DNA of 64,000 bases from Anthoceros angustus. Taxonomy: Eukaryota; Plantae; Anthocerotophyta. The notes beneath the pieces are model-generated. The model ran no database searches. It saw nothing but the letters and a program-made list of their open reading frames with translations, and was not told the origin of the DNA. The stretch is taken from NCBI GenBank assembly GCA_010909165.1, contig MU008158.1, positions 1,947,478 to 2,011,477 on the forward strand, in the 5' to 3' direction. Positions 12,604 through 25,977 of this stretch are shown piece after piece (positions within the stretch are counted from its first letter, which is position 1; every line of letters begins with the position of its first letter). A program made the position numbers and the translations under genes.

Positions 12604-14024
12604 TCATCGCTCACACCCAGGTCCCTTCCCTTGTCCGTGTTCTGCCTTTGCTGCTTGCGCCTGATGCTTGTGCACTGCTCTTTCATGTTCTTTCTCCAGC
12701 GTCTTCCAGTTCCATGGCCTGTCCAACCGACGGGCAAGTCTTGGGGGAACTGGGTAGTTCACGAAAGGGCTTGCTGGTCTGTTGCGGTTGAGAGGGTTCT
12801 TGTTGTCGTTATCTATCCTTTTCGGCACATTCTGAAACCTGGATATGACAAACCTCGTCTTGGGTGGTTTCTGCACCATTCTTTCGGTGCAGTACTTCTT
12901 GATGAGTTGTGCAGTTCTGTTAGATTTCGGGTGGGTATACTTGTACACCAGGTACTGAGGATCCAGTGGGTCATACACTGGGTACTCTTTTTGGTATACC
13001 AAATTCATCTGGATCCATTCATCCGCATATGCTCCTTCTACCACTTTGTTGATGGGAACATGCCTGTGCAGAAGAGGAAAGAAGAGCAGGGGATGGTCAG
13101 TCAGAAACGTATTTCCTTCTCACTGTGCGTGCAGCGTTGGTAGAATAGGGGATGTATCACTCACATTCCCAAGGGGCTGCCGTAAGTGTACTGAGGATCC
13201 TTGTGCGATGGAAGAGGATATCCAGAATTCTGCAGATTCCGGCAAGTTCATTGTAATTATGAGGAAGAAAGGAAAGGAAGCCTGTTTGTGCATTGAATTC
13301 TTCCGGTGTGGACACGTAAAATTCCAAGTAAATTTTATCCGACAGCTTAAGTTACCAGTGGTTTGCTTCCGGGTAGACGAATGAGGTGATCTTTTCGCCA
13401 CAAATATTGGTCGTGCGCATTTGTGCATCTCCTGGTGGAAACAAACATACAAAATCCTCGATTTTTCAACATAACTAAACGGTTCACGAGGGAAGAACAG
13501 GAACCAAAAGGCTTTAGTGCGAATCGACGATGAGCATATTTACGCATCACAAGCAGCTCTGTTCATGGCCTTGAAGTCTGGCCCACAAGACAGCTTTGCA
13601 TCATCACGCTCCTGCTCAAGGTGCACAATCACTGCACAGCCCGCCGCACACAGGAGCTATGGCGTTAACGCAAGCATGCAGATATCAGACGCGCGTTGCA
13701 TCCCACATAGTTTTGGCAACTGGTGTTAGGATTCAGAACCTTCCTTCACCCCAATTCCATGTGGAACCACGTTTCCGTAGATGAATCCAGACCTCGGTAG
13801 TGCCATTGTAACAGCCTTCACCTGCCAAAACGAGAAGCGCTTTTACCACGACTGAAGTTGGGAGCATCAACGGGTTCCTGCTCATGTTTTAGAACAGAGA
13901 TCTGGGAAGAGAAGGCCGCTACCTTGCCACAAGCGGGCTTCACCAGCACCGTGTTCCTCCCCGTGGATGCACGTTGGGACCCCATCCGGGGGTGATCCAA
14001 CTCCTCGTAAAGACGGCCCCCCAT
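12604..14024 (-). CDS. CFAP77: cilia- and flagella-associated protein 77-like (DUF4483), multi-exon
   Basis: Exons NTVLVKPACGK | ALPRSGFIYG | GPDFKAMNRAA | NAHDQYLWRKDHLIRL | LPSHKDPQYTYG | VPINKVVEGAYADEW..FVISRFQNVPKRID follow the CFAP77 motif order. Confidence 0.7.
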
Positions 14025-15432
14025 TTTGACACCTGCGCTGCCTCAAAGGCCTTTCAGCAACAATGGCCCGGCCGCGCTGCCGATGAGAGGGGCGGCGCAC
14101 GCTCAGAGCTCATGAAATCGTGCCACAAAGCAACCAAGAGCAAGCAGGGGAAGAGATGGCAAGCGGAGGGGAGAATTTGAGAGCCGGTGCGGCAGGACGG
14201 GAGCAACCAAACTGTGCTCCACAACAGAAATTTAAGCTGAACTGAACCAGTGAGAGAAACGAGGGAACGGGGAGAGATTTGTGGGACTGCTCCCGCCATT
14301 TCATGGGAAGGCGAAGGCATGGACTTGCTATCGGTGTCCCATCCCCCATCCCCCATGCCCTTGGAACGAGTCTTCCCTCTCCTCCCCAGACTGGAGCTCC
14401 TCCTTCAAACGCATCTTCGGCCGACAGACCGTTAACGTTCACTGCCATAACTGCCCGCACGAAGCGTCGGTCTCGTAAAATCGATCGTCACTTGCACGTA
14501 TTAATCGTTGACAGCCGTTTCCTGCCAACGCCGCTATTACTTGTCCGCGAAGAGGAGGAAGACGAAATGGGATAACTTTTTAGGATGCATGAGGTAACTA
14601 GGTCATCTTCGTTCCACGCTTCTTCAGTCTTACCAAACAATGCTCGAGTCCTGCGTGTTCTGGATTCTATCTAAAGCCAAGTCGCACTAGAACAAATATC
14701 TTCTTCTTACACAAGCTTGTTTCAGCTTCGGAGAACAGTGTCATCACCATCTTCTGACACTTCGGATCTTCTAACCTACAAATAAGATAGTCGAAGATCT
14801 GACTGAGCCTTGTTTGCACAACAGGGCATATGGGCATATGAGCATACATATATGGGGATGCTTTACCTGAAGACGTTGGGCGTTACTTCAGTTCACTTTC
14901 ACAGAATAAATATATCGCCAGAAATCTGTACACACCTAACGGCGGCTATCACTGAGGACGCTAGAAACAGGATAGCCGGAGACGATTCGGACAACTACAC
15001 TCTAGAAAGTTAATGTCGACAAATTGATAAAAATGTATCATGGAAGGCATGTCCCATGGAACCATCCGTGGAAGACCAAGCACCGATACCCTGCAAATTG
15101 AGAAGAAGGGAGTCAGATCCTCAGCCACGTTCACTACGCTTTGTGGATCCAGCAAAGGATCTTCCAGACGATAAGGATTTACTTCAGAGCATGCCACTTG
15201 TACAAACCCCCTCCTGTCTTGGCTCTCGACTCGACAGATAGCTGGCTGGACCGCTGACAGCTAATGCAGGCAGGCACTCACAAAGGGAACCTGAACATCC
15301 AACCTTTCATAACATGCACCTTACTCTTGGCTCACCGCTGAAACAAGCGCTTGACAGCATGATCTTCAAGTGCACCCCTCCCCACCTTTTTGCAAAACAA
15401 GCAAGCAACAAACAAAGAATGATGGTTTAACG

Positions 15433-17621
15433 TCATTCAGTATATACAAATTGTCGCTTCCAGATCTTATCCCGCCTTTTGTTCCAAATTTTGGGGATGT
15501 AGAGCCTGTCTGATGGAGTTCGATCGGGCTTGAGCACCTGAGACAAAGGTTGATTAGCTTATCGATACAGCTTAGGAATTGAGAGTCTGCAAGTGCAGCA
15601 ACTTACCAGCTTACAGTACTCGAAAAGCCCAAAGAAGAGGGCTGACATGAGGGACACATGGAATGCACGAGCACCCTGCACAAGACAGGGGGCAGTCTCA
15701 GTATGAAAGTGCCTTCAGGTAAAGATCCAGTTGCAGAGCATGTTGAGGCAGCATGAGAAACTGGCATACCAGCCCAGCAAATAAGCCACCGACTCCATTT
15801 TCTTCAACAACAGCCAGAGCGACTCTGTGGAAGCTGACTGACATTCCACATTGCTGGCGTGTCTTCACAAGATCAAGCTGTGGAAGCAAGGCGAGGGATT
15901 GATGAACAAGAGACAATCGGACCGACCAGTCCACAAGGGCAGAACTGGAACCACAACTTCGAGCCGTACGGAAGTACAAGCTTACTGGCATGGTACATGT
16001 TGCCGCAACAGCTCCTGCAACTGCGCCGAGCACCAAGTGCTCAGGTGTCCTGCAGCCTCAACACAAGCCAGAAAGGACCTTTGATGAGCGAGAATAGAGA
16101 TCTAAATGCATAACTTGCAAAAAGTTACCATGTCACTAGAGTTGGTGGATGGAGAATGAATACAGAAAGCCGTCTCTACTTACGTGAGTTTGGTGACCTT
16201 TCTCTTGGATTGCAGAAAGCGCCTCAAGTTCTCATACACGCTAAACTGCATCAGCAGAATCATATGAGAACGTATCCAGACCAACAAACGTGCAGTTCAA
16301 GGATTGGAAGGCCTAGACGTCACTTGTATCACAATTTCAGGGACATCGCGCATAAGAGTTGGCCAAAATCCACGGTACAGGCCGCCAATACCATCGGTTC
16401 GGACGATGGAGTTGAAGGCTTCGAAGACTGACACCGACAAAAATCCAGCAGTAACTCGTCAGCTTGGCACGATGTGAGAATGAAGCATGTGAAGATAATT
16501 TACTCACCATTCGCATGCATGTAAGCTTGTACTCTATGCTTCAAAGTATCAGCAGGCACCTGTCAGAATCAAGGCACCCCAGACAGATGACTCAGGTGCA
16601 TATAACAAGATTGCAATGAGGAAACGAGACGAGGAAAACAAGAAAGCTGGCAGTAAACTACAACAACAACATTGAGGAAGAGGGGGCTCACTCGAACTAC
16701 AGAAGCCACCACAGTCCCGATGGAAGCTGATGCGACATGGGTCAGACCTGGCGGCAGATACTTCTCCAGCTTTTTCTTTGAGGCTGCAAACACATGGGTG
16801 GAAAACTTGTGAAAAGAAAGGAAAAAGAAAAACATCCAAGCCAGCGCTCTCTTCCGGAAGGCAGAATTCTGCCCCACAGGCACATCAAGGGCTCTTACAT
16901 TCATACGCAACAAAGTAGAGGAACGCATTCGGTACAGTGCCAAGAAACGCCCCCGTGACTCCTTGGTACAAATCTGCCGGACCCTTGAAGAACCAATTGT
17001 CAATGTCAACCGGTCCAATCCCAATAGCCTTCTTAGAAATTTTTTTCCTCCACTTCATCAACTCGTGCGGAGGATCGTGGACCTGCAACCGGGTCTTGAC
17101 AGTATCCACCGGGTGCCCACCGACCTGCCATCACAGCACCCCCAACCGTCACTCACTCACTCACTCACATTTCCTCCATCCAGGAAGCCAGCTTGCCCAC
17201 CAACCTGAGAGAGAGTCCTGGCCATGGTGCCGGCGTACACATGATTGAGCGCTGTATCTGCCTCCGCCGGATCCGCATCCTCAAAAAACGGGAGCCGAAA
17301 GAAGGCACTGGAAACATACTCCGCCCCAGCAAGCTCCTGCTCCTGCTCCCGCCCAAGTTGCCTTTCTTCTGTCAAGCTGGAGGAGGGAATAGGCAATTTT
17401 GCAAAGGAGATCCTAACGTTCTTGTTCTCCTGCCTTCGACCCGGTCTTCTCCACGCACTCCAAGCTCCCTCGAGAAAGCCTCCGAAAGAGCTGGAAGTCC
17501 CCTCCTCGTCCATGAAGCTTGTCCCCGCCTGGCCTCTCATGTACTCCGACGCCTCCTCGTCCCTCCCAAAGCCCATCAAAAGCGGGGCCATCAAGCGCAG
17601 GCCCCGCACACCTACAGGCAA
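15433..17621 (-). CDS. mitochondrial carrier family (SLC25) protein, SAM-carrier-like, with N-terminal extension
   Basis: Three Px[DE]xx[KR] signatures across spliced exons (HPVDTVKTRLQ, PADTLKHRVQ, P|LDLVKTRQQ), plus LYQGVTGAFLGTVP and ALFFGLFEY; last exon ends QFVYTE-TGA at 15433-15435. Confidence 0.9.
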
Positions 17622-19243
17622 TGACCGCAGGCAGGGCTAACACAGCATTGATCCTGCCCGGCTGCTGTACAACTGCGCCCGCCCAATAACTCCACGCAAC
17701 GCCACCGGCAGCGGCAGCAAGGAAGGCAAAACTATTCCTCCCTCAAGTTCCCCACCGAGTGCAAGCAATCCATCCCGCCTGCCCCAGCATGGCGCTGCAA
17801 ATCAGAGCCCAAATCCCAGCCCACCACCCAGAAGCAGTCCAGTGATTGAGGAATCCGGCACCGAAACGAGCAGCAAGCCCGAGAGCCGGGATTGGAGTCA
17901 CTTGCTTGCTGATTGGGCCATGGGATCGGTTCACACCGCCGAGTGGAGTCCTGGAATCGTCCCAGCCAGCAGCCAGCGCTCAGAGACTGGAGTCGCGGAG
18001 TTGTCTCACTGCAGTTGAAGCTACAGAGTTATCATAACTACCGCCACTGCCTGCGGATTGCGGATTCAGGCACCGGGACAGGAGTCTCCTGCTGCGACAC
18101 TGTGAGCTGTGGACAAGGATTTTACCACCGATTTTCCGGGCCAGTGCCAACCAAATCTTTACTATTACCGAGACGATGCCAGATGCCGGGGAGATGCCAT
18201 GGCATGTGCTGCTAGCTATGCTTTATTCCGATTTCCTACTGAGGACTGAGGCAGGGACCCATCACCCATCGCGGATCTCCGGACCCTCTACCTTCAAATA
18301 TCTGGGATGTTATTCTTTCGTCATGTTTTCTTCCCGACCGTTGCCGGCAGTGCCACGCGGGCTACCCGCGCTTGGTCTGTTCCCGGCGGTGACTACAGGC
18401 AGCAGGCTGCCACACTTTCGACATGAAAGTCAGGGATTCCAACAACCAAAAAGCGAGGGACCAGGACGGGAAGATGCTGTGACACGGCCCTTATATGCAT
18501 ATAAACGGTGGATATTGCTCAGCATTTCTCCAGTGCTGCTTGGCCGACGCGTTTGCACGGCCGATTATCAGCGCCTCATTCACAAAGCTACTTGGGTGTG
18601 GCATTTCGCACGAGACGGTGATGCCTATCCGGTGGACAGCTATCTATCACACCCATCGCTCCTAACAAGCGACAAGCGTAGGTAGTTCGTTACGTGATTC
18701 CCAGCCCTCGTATCATGTGCATAGCGTATTTCTTTCCTTTCCCACAAGTTTGTTTTATGTTACGTTTGCTTAATTTCTTATTTCTCATGACCTAGCAGCA
18801 TGGCATTGTAACTTATTGCAGCCGTATCGCGATATTGCAAGTAATGGACACGCCAAGGCTCAACTGCAGCTTCCTGCAGTTTGAGTCGTGTCAAATTAGG
18901 GTTCCATTTTATCACCAACAGGACTCATAAAACCCCGAAGCCGAGGACACAAAGTGGAAGAACATGAACAACTGGACTGCTGTCACTGGAAAGAAAACCA
19001 TGATAGGAAGCAGAACGGTTTGGGTGACATTTCCCCTTTTGTGAACCTCAACTTACGGGATCTCGGCGTTGCTTCCGGAGCAAACAAGAAAAACTTGCCT
19101 TCGGCCGCGAGGGATCCTGTGACAATGCCTTACGACATGCAAGCACCAACATTTCGCGAGACGGAGCAGTCAAGATTCCACAGGCAAGGTGGTGTTACAA
19201 AACACCATTGAGAGAGTGTGGCAGGCGGGCGCTGCTGACGAGC

Positions 19244-19738
19244 CTACTCGGCAGAGGCTGATTTGCCACCCTTGCCCGCGACACCGGTCTTCTTAGGAAG
19301 AAGAACAGAGTGGATGTTAGGCAACACTCCTCCATTGGCTATGGTGACTGTCCCGAGCAACCTGCTGAGCTCCTCATCATTCCTGACAGCCAACTGGATG
19401 TGGCGGGGCACAATTCTGGTCTTCTTGTTGTCCCTGGATGCATTTCCTGCCAGCTCCAGAACCTGCAAACATGACGGGCTTTCGTCACCAACTGCAATTT
19501 GCACTTTCCACTCATGAATTTACACATGACACAGAAAGAGGCAACGGCGTCGCTGCCTCACCTCAGCTGCAAGATATTCCAGCACAGCTGCAAGATAGAC
19601 GGGCGCGCCCGCCCCGACGCGGGTTGCGTATTTGCCAGCCTTGAGGAAGCGGGCAATTCTGCCGACAGGGAATTGCAGCCCTGCCTTGGCTGAGCGAGAC
19701 ACTGCCTTCTTGCCGCTGCTCTTGCCGCGTCCCGTCAT
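19244..19738 (-). CDS. H2A: histone H2A (exons 19562-19738 and 19244-19462)
   Basis: [25 protein letters not shown]|[28 protein letters not shown]; GT-AG intron 19463-19561. Confidence 0.98.
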
Positions 19739-19844
19739 CTCGCCACCTAGTTTGCAGGATACGGAAAAGCTGGTCGTGAGATCAAGATGCAGAAGATCCT
19801 CTATGCAGGGAGATGCGATGTGTTCGGAGAGAATTTGTGACAGG

Positions 19845-19932
19845 CTTTATAGAGCCTGGGAAGCTAGTTCAAATTTCAAACCTACCGCGTTGGCGATCCG
19901 CTGCCTCGTTCGCTCACGTCAGCTATCCACCG
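19845..19932 (-). promoter_or_regulatory. histone promoter: TATA box plus degenerate octamer/hexamer (type I-like) elements
   Basis: CTATAAAG on the minus strand at ~19846-19853; GATCCGC at ~19895 and CACGTCA at ~19915 resemble the plant histone CCACGTCA-n-CGATCCGCG element. Confidence 0.45.
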
Positions 19933-20688
19933 TTTCGGCCCTTACGGATTTATGAAAACTCGTGTTGTGATCAAAATACCAGTCAGGCAAGAACAAGAAG
20001 ATTTGTAAGCACGGCACTCGGTGGCAGCGAAATTGGCCGGCTCCAATGAAACATGAAAAAGTACACCTGGGCGTAAAATCCATCAAACCTAATGCTGCCG
20101 ATTGATAAATTACTTGCGATGATCAGTTCCGAATGTGGCCGTTGTACATACTCTACTGACCTAAAGACACGAACCAGTAATGATTCGACAGAGATAATAA
20201 TCTTTTGTCCAGCCCACAAAGGATGATAGGATGCCCTCTTAACGGACAACCTCCTCAAGTCTGGCAAATTTTCACATAAGCTGAAGCAACTATACTTTTT
20301 GCACCTAGGATTTGTGCACTCAGCGGTGCATGTGAGTACCTGGTGGTCACGCACCTCCACTAGCGGATGCGATGATGCGCCAAGGATCAAGCTTTCACAG
20401 CTTCCTCCAGAGACAAACAAAAATCTGAACCAGGCAACCCCACACACCTTCAGTACTGGACTCCATTGACTCCTGTGCATCAAGCTATGACAGCTTCTTC
20501 CAGTGACAAAAAAAAAAAGGAAAAATGACCCAGGCAACTTTGGCACACCACCAACATTGTCCTTTGCTGAGACCAAGCTTCATCTAGTGCCAACAACCTA
20601 ACCCGAATCATCACACAACTCCTTTGCAACCATGTGTCCCAGTGCACGAGAGGCATCAACATTAGTAGATTATACAAGACTACATCGA

Positions 20689-21948
20689 TCACCTCCAGGT
20701 TGAGGCACCCAATCGAATGACATCTTCTGACTGGGCATCTTTGCCACGGATCACATAATCACCCGACTCCTTAGTCTTTGCACTAGCATCACCATACACG
20801 TCTAGCAGTTTGCTCATTCTGTTTGATGCAGCAGCACTGTCAGCAGCTGGACTCCGAGAGCGGAGTCGTTCAGCCTTGCCTGACCGGACAGGACTTCGAC
20901 TCCTGCTGCGGTGAGCATCATTCTCCCCTTTCCTATCCTTGTCTGAACCCCTGTCTCGGTCCCTGCCTCTTCCTCTATCATCTTGCCTGTCCTGTCCGCG
21001 GTCCCTTGCCCCTCTGCTCCGTTCTCCATCTCTGTCCCTACCCTTGTCATGATCTCGGTCTCTGGATGGCTCATCCCGGTGTCTGTCCCTTGCCCTATCC
21101 CGTTCCCTGTCTCTATCCCTATCCCTATCCCTGGCCCTCTCCCGCTCCCTCTCGCGGTCCCTCTCCCTGTCCTTGTCCCTATCCCTAGCCCTATCGGCAT
21201 CCCTGTCCCTGCTGGCCTGCCCTCGACGATCGTCCCCATTCCGTTGAGAGTCACTGATAACAGGCATGTTCCTGCGCACCGGAGAAGAATCCCGAGTGGA
21301 GGCACGGTGAGGAGCACGCTGGCCAAAAGAAACAGACAGCGCGGCCTTGACTGAAGGCGGCCGTCGGGCAGTGTCATCCGCAGCATGGCGGCCACTGGTA
21401 CCTGTCACACCAGACGGCTGTGTTGAGAGCTTCAGACGTTCCAGGTTTGCTGTCAAACTTCTCAGCACAGGCACAGGTATGCGTGGGAACAGAGTGTCGA
21501 AGTAATACTGGTCAAGAAGCAGGTCCCGGACATAGGCTCCCATAGTCGTCTTCCTGCCATTGGATCCAGGAGCAAACTCCTCCTCGTCCGTCACATACTG
21601 CGAAAACCATCCCCACAGCGTCTTGGGATCCCCTACATAGCGCAGATACAGAAACCCTACCGCTCTGATGTAGGGAGAATCGCCGTGGTTGAGCAGCCCC
21701 TGCATCTGCTTCACCGTCAGCTTCATGGTGAAGAATTTGTAGAGCAGGCAGAATGCAGTGGACGGGCCGCGGCAGTTCCCAGTCATCCAGGGCTCCACAT
21801 GGTCCACCTGGTTGTAAATCTCGTCTATCACTTCATGGTAGGTCTTCAGTCTGTAGAGCTCCTTGAAGTAGTCGGAAGACAAGATGTTCATGCACAGCAC
21901 TCTCTCCAGCAAGCTATCGATGGGCTTGCCACATGTCTGGACTTCCAT
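20689..21948 (-). CDS. PRP38B: pre-mRNA splicing factor PRP38B/SRL1-like, intronless CDS
   Basis: MEVQTCGKPIDSLLE..NILSSDYFKELY..PSTAFCLLYKFFTMKLT..SPYIRAVGFLYLRY, RD/RS-rich tail, C-terminal EDVIRLG. Confidence 0.93.
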   Translation of the reverse strand: MEVQTCGKPIDSLLERVLCMNILSSDYFKELYRLKTYHEVIDEIYNQVDHVEPWMTGNCRGPSTAFCLLYKFFTMKLTVKQMQGLLNHGDSPYIRAVGFLYLRYVGDPKTLWGWFSQYVTDEEEFAPGSNGRKTTMGAYVRDLLLDQYYFDTLFPRIPVPVLRSLTANLERLKLSTQPSGVTGTSGRHAADDTARRPPSVKAALSVSFGQRAPHRASTRDSSPVRRNMPVISDSQRNGDDRRGQASRDRDADRARDRDKDRERDRERERERARDRDRDRDRERDRARDRHRDEPSRDRDHDKGRDRDGERSRGARDRGQDRQDDRGRGRDRDRGSDKDRKGENDAHRSRSRSPVRSGKAERLRSRSPAADSAAASNRMSKLLDVYGDASAKTKESGDYVIRGKDAQSEDVIRLGASTWR

Positions 21949-22859
21949 GCCGACCACACGCGTCGGGCTGCTAGGTCTGGAGAGAAACAGCTCTCCCCAG
22001 ACCACACCCCAGACAGTTGACCAAGTGAGGTCCCTGCTGCAGGCACAGAGCACAGAAGCTAGGACTTACAACCAACCCCACTGCCTGTCCCTCGAGGTGA
22101 CGCCAGTGCATACCCGCCGCAGCCGCCTTCTACACACACCCTCCTTCCGCTCAGGCTGCTACCGCTTGCCGCGCATTCGAGACTTGCGGCAAGCTGCGCC
22201 ACCAGCAATACTGGATGCGCAACACACACCTTTCGCATCCTCAGCGGCGTCAATCCCCTGCTCCCTTCCTCATAATGCACGGCTCCAATATCCGCGTACC
22301 AGGCGGTGAGCCGAGCCAAGCGCTGTGGACAGAGGGCCGAGGACTTCCTATTTCCTCCCGAGGGTTATTAAATGAAGCCATATCAGCCAACACCTCAAAC
22401 AAGATACGGTACAATACTGTACCTCCTTCCTGTGTGTAAGTTTTTATTAAGGTGAGATGGGTGAACCCATCTCCTAAAGGACATTAAAGGGAGACCCCAA
22501 AAGTCATACTTACGGGATATAGGTGCAGCTTTAGGTGTTAGTAAAAGTTCAAACGCACTTAATAATGATCAAACCATCAAGGCGCTTAAGTAGATACTTA
22601 GATATTACTTAGGTAATAATAATATGATATAAGCAAAATTAAATTTACAATGCAACAATTATATTATAGTACTATGTTATAATCAGAGAGATTCGTACCT
22701 AAGCATCTACATAAATGGTGTGATGATTATTGAGGTGAAAGAACGATGGAAAGAGACCATCTAGGAGGGGACAACAAATGGGGACCCGGGGGTCGGAGTG
22801 AAGAGGAGCAACTGAGCTCCCTACCTAAAGTGACCAACTGCATCCACGCGGGGGATGTA

Positions 22860-24895
22860 GACCGTCCAGGTTGTGCTCATGTCCGTGCTCGATTGCACAC
22901 AAGTGGAAGTATCGTGCAGTAAGCATGCCGATTGGGAGCCACGCATTACACGCCGTTCGCGAAGGCAACTGGCGCGACCATCGCCAATGCGATCGTAATC
23001 GCTCGACCGAAGCGGCCACCGCCCAGTGCTTTAGATGCAGATATTGCATCTCGCATGCACAAGGCTGGTGGTGTCTCGAGCGATATACCGGTCGTCTTTC
23101 CTCCGGGTAGCATAGCGTCGGAGAGCGTGGACCGGCTGATGGAAATGTTGTACATCTGGGATGTGGCTGCTTAGTTCACGCTTCCGCAGTTGCGGAGGTA
23201 CCAGGAGCGAGCGGGCATGCGGACATCGAAGGTGTACGACTTGGCGGCATAAGGTGAAGATATGGAGGTGGCAACCGAGGGAGTTGCCTGCGGACGCGGC
23301 GACGGGGAGCGGGAGGGTCGCATACTGGAGGACCTAGATGAGAGGCTAGACCTTGGCACTGTCACAGAGGAAGAGTTGCAGCCGACACGGAGGACCACCA
23401 ATCTGAGGTTCGCAATAGACGAAGAGGAGATGTTGTGATTGCACCGCAGCCACCGAAAATGGGTGGAATCCAATGCATTGAGTGATGTCGGATCAGAGGA
23501 CGGTGAGCGGCCCACCGATGGTATCACGGGCACTACAGGCTGCCGAAGCGCCTGGCGGCCGAGCGAGATGCGGCCGATTTCGCATGGCGGAGAAAACCTT
23601 GTATCGGATTTACATTGGGCGAGGCGTCGCTACGAGGATGACCTAACCCTGCATGTGGAGGCTGGCATGGAGTGTCAACAGCTATTTGACAATTTCCGCC
23701 TTTGGGAAGGAAGAGGCGAAGCATTTCCACCAATGCGGATGCTGTACAGCACCAGGTATGGGGATCGTGGGGAGGTGGTCCAAGAGGTTGGCACTGTGGA
23801 CGGCGGCAGGCCAACACGGCGGTGCATCAGCAAGGCATGGAGGCGGTTTTGGGAGTCGCCAGCGTTTGTGGACGGTGTGTTTGAATGCAATGTCCTGGGG
23901 GGGGCCACCCAATACCACATCAGCCACCGGACATCATCAGACCCTCTGCAACACAGCATGGTAATTTGTGCGGCCATGACCACGGAGGCGAGAACACTAG
24001 TGCAAGCGTGATGACCACTGCGTGTGCGTCCTTTGTGCAGGCAATGTTCTTCGGCCACCTGATGTACATGGTGCTAGCCACCAGCATTGAGGTGAGCCAT
24101 CCCATGACCTTTGCAACGCTAGCGCATGCTCTGGGGAGCCAAAAGGATGGCGTGCACAAGGAGTGGAAGGACACAGGCAGCGAGAAGACATTGAAGAGGG
24201 CTTTCAAGACTGACATGCTGACCACCCACCCGCAGCTCATGGCCATAGTGCAACTCCTGAAGCGCAGTGCTTGCAAGGGCGAGGAGGAGCAACAGGCAGC
24301 AATTTCGATGGCAGTCACACTCATGGCCGATAGGCTGTCAGATTTCTTCAAGCATGTCGCTGACCTGAAGCCTTCGCATGTGCCGGGGAAGCGAGTGGCG
24401 CGCATCCGACGGAAGCTGAAGGAGCAACACTTGTTCTCCAAGTGCCTTCATGTGGGTGGATTGGTTGGCGAGGGATTTCGACATGTGGTGCACAGCCTGG
24501 ACAAGCGAGCTATGCTGGACTGCATAGGGGAGTGCACGTTTGAGAGTGTGAGCACGTTCTTCAATGCCACCCAAGGTTGCAGGCCGGACGCATTTCTCGC
24601 AGCGGTGAAGTTTAAGGCTTGCTTGTCGCACCTCAAGGACATGTTCTGCGAGACCATTCGGAAGATGACATTCGAAGACAGGTCGTGCCTGTACACCTTC
24701 ATAATCGAAAGGGTCTACTTCTCCGATGTTGTGCCGATGGTTGTGAGGCAGGTGCCACTTCGAGCCTCTGGGCAACTGCCGCAGGTAAAGACCTGCTCCT
24801 CGACACTCCTCCTGCCCCTATATGTCTCAAAGCTGGTCATGGCCATGCATGTAATAGAAGCAATCCGCATGAACTCCCTTTACGAAAACGCGTGA
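22860..24895 (+). pseudogene. intronless HECT-domain E3 ubiquitin ligase pseudogene, possibly preceded by a SWIM-like finger
   Basis: N-lobe EVGTVDGGRPTRRCISKAW (~23785); FFGHLMYMVL; C-lobe FCETIRKMTFEDRSCLYTFI..LPQVKTCSSTLLLPLYVSK..EAI-stop with the catalytic Cys. In-frame stops at 23172, 23250 and 23436, and a frameshift near 24000. Confidence 0.72.
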
Positions 24896-25770
24896 ATGCG
24901 TATGGTGTGCGCCGAACCCGGCGTTGTTTCAGGGTTGTGGCATGTGTTTGGAAATGTGCAATTGTGGAGGAGGCCGAGAGGCCCTATTGATTGCATTCAT
25001 TGAGGAAAATAGCCAGGCTGCACCGTATTTGCGAGCCCATGAATGAAAATGCCAGTGAGTTTAATCGCCCGTGACGTGATCAGTTTTGTTGAGACTAGAA
25101 CATTTAATTATGCAATACCGGAACCCCCACACCCCCCCACTCTCCCCTCCCTATGCTGAACATGTCCGGACGGAATGGCACAGCTGGACAAGCGAGGCCG
25201 GGGCGCGCAAAAGACAGCGTGGAAGTCATGCGGAAGCCGAATCTTGTCAGCGGCGAAGGTGCAGAAATGGAGAGGGGAAGTGCGACCGCATTACATGGCA
25301 TGAGGGACAGTAGGTGTCATTCCAAGGTTGGTGGGATTGTCATTGCGGCTGTTTGTGCCACCACGGCAGTGACAGTTTTGAACTTGCCACTAATGGCGGT
25401 AGTCGCAGTGCTGGCTATCGTAGGCGCCTCAGCTTGCGGGGTGCTAAGAGTGTTTGATGCAGCGCGCGAAGGATAGGCGTTACAAATGCAGCCATATTCT
25501 ATGCGAGATAGAGCACGAACAGGGGAATGCACACACATGGGTGTACAGGTGGAAGCGTAGCAGATCTGCAAGTATCGAAAGTGGGCGTGCACTGTGGGGG
25601 AGGGGACCTTAAGTTTTGTTTTCGCGCTTGATTGAATGCAGAGGGAAGGCGTTGCACTTTGCAATTCTTTCCATGAAGTGGCCATGTCCTGGCAGGCATG
25701 CGGATATCAGAAGCTGCCCATGGGGTAGGCAGGTCTTGCAGCCAATTCATGGTGTGCAGCCAAGGGGTAG

Positions 25771-25977
25771 CCATGGTGTAGCACGGCATGGCATGCAGCC
25801 ATGGCGTGAAGCCATGGCGCCGCGGCATGGCGTGCGACCATGGCGTGAAGCCATGGCGTGAAGCCATGGCGTGCGTGCGACCATGACGAGCACACCACCA
25901 CCGCCTCAAGTGGCAACACGCAACTCCGCGCCAAGGCGTGTAACCATGGCGTGCAACCATGGCGTGCACGCCATGCA
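25771..25977. repeat. short tandem repeat, ~13 bp unit CCATGGCGTG(A/C)A
   Basis: About 10 imperfect copies visible. Confidence 0.8.

Noticed and set aside
14280-15240. Possible small spliced gene
   Set aside because: Some splice-like sites, but I could not build a consistent ORF.
18176-18685. 169-aa ORF
   Set aside because: No recognisable homology; it lies in intergenic space between the carrier gene and H2A.
20814-21395. Alternative-frame ORFs over PRP38B
   Set aside because: Shadows of the repetitive RD/RS-coding region.
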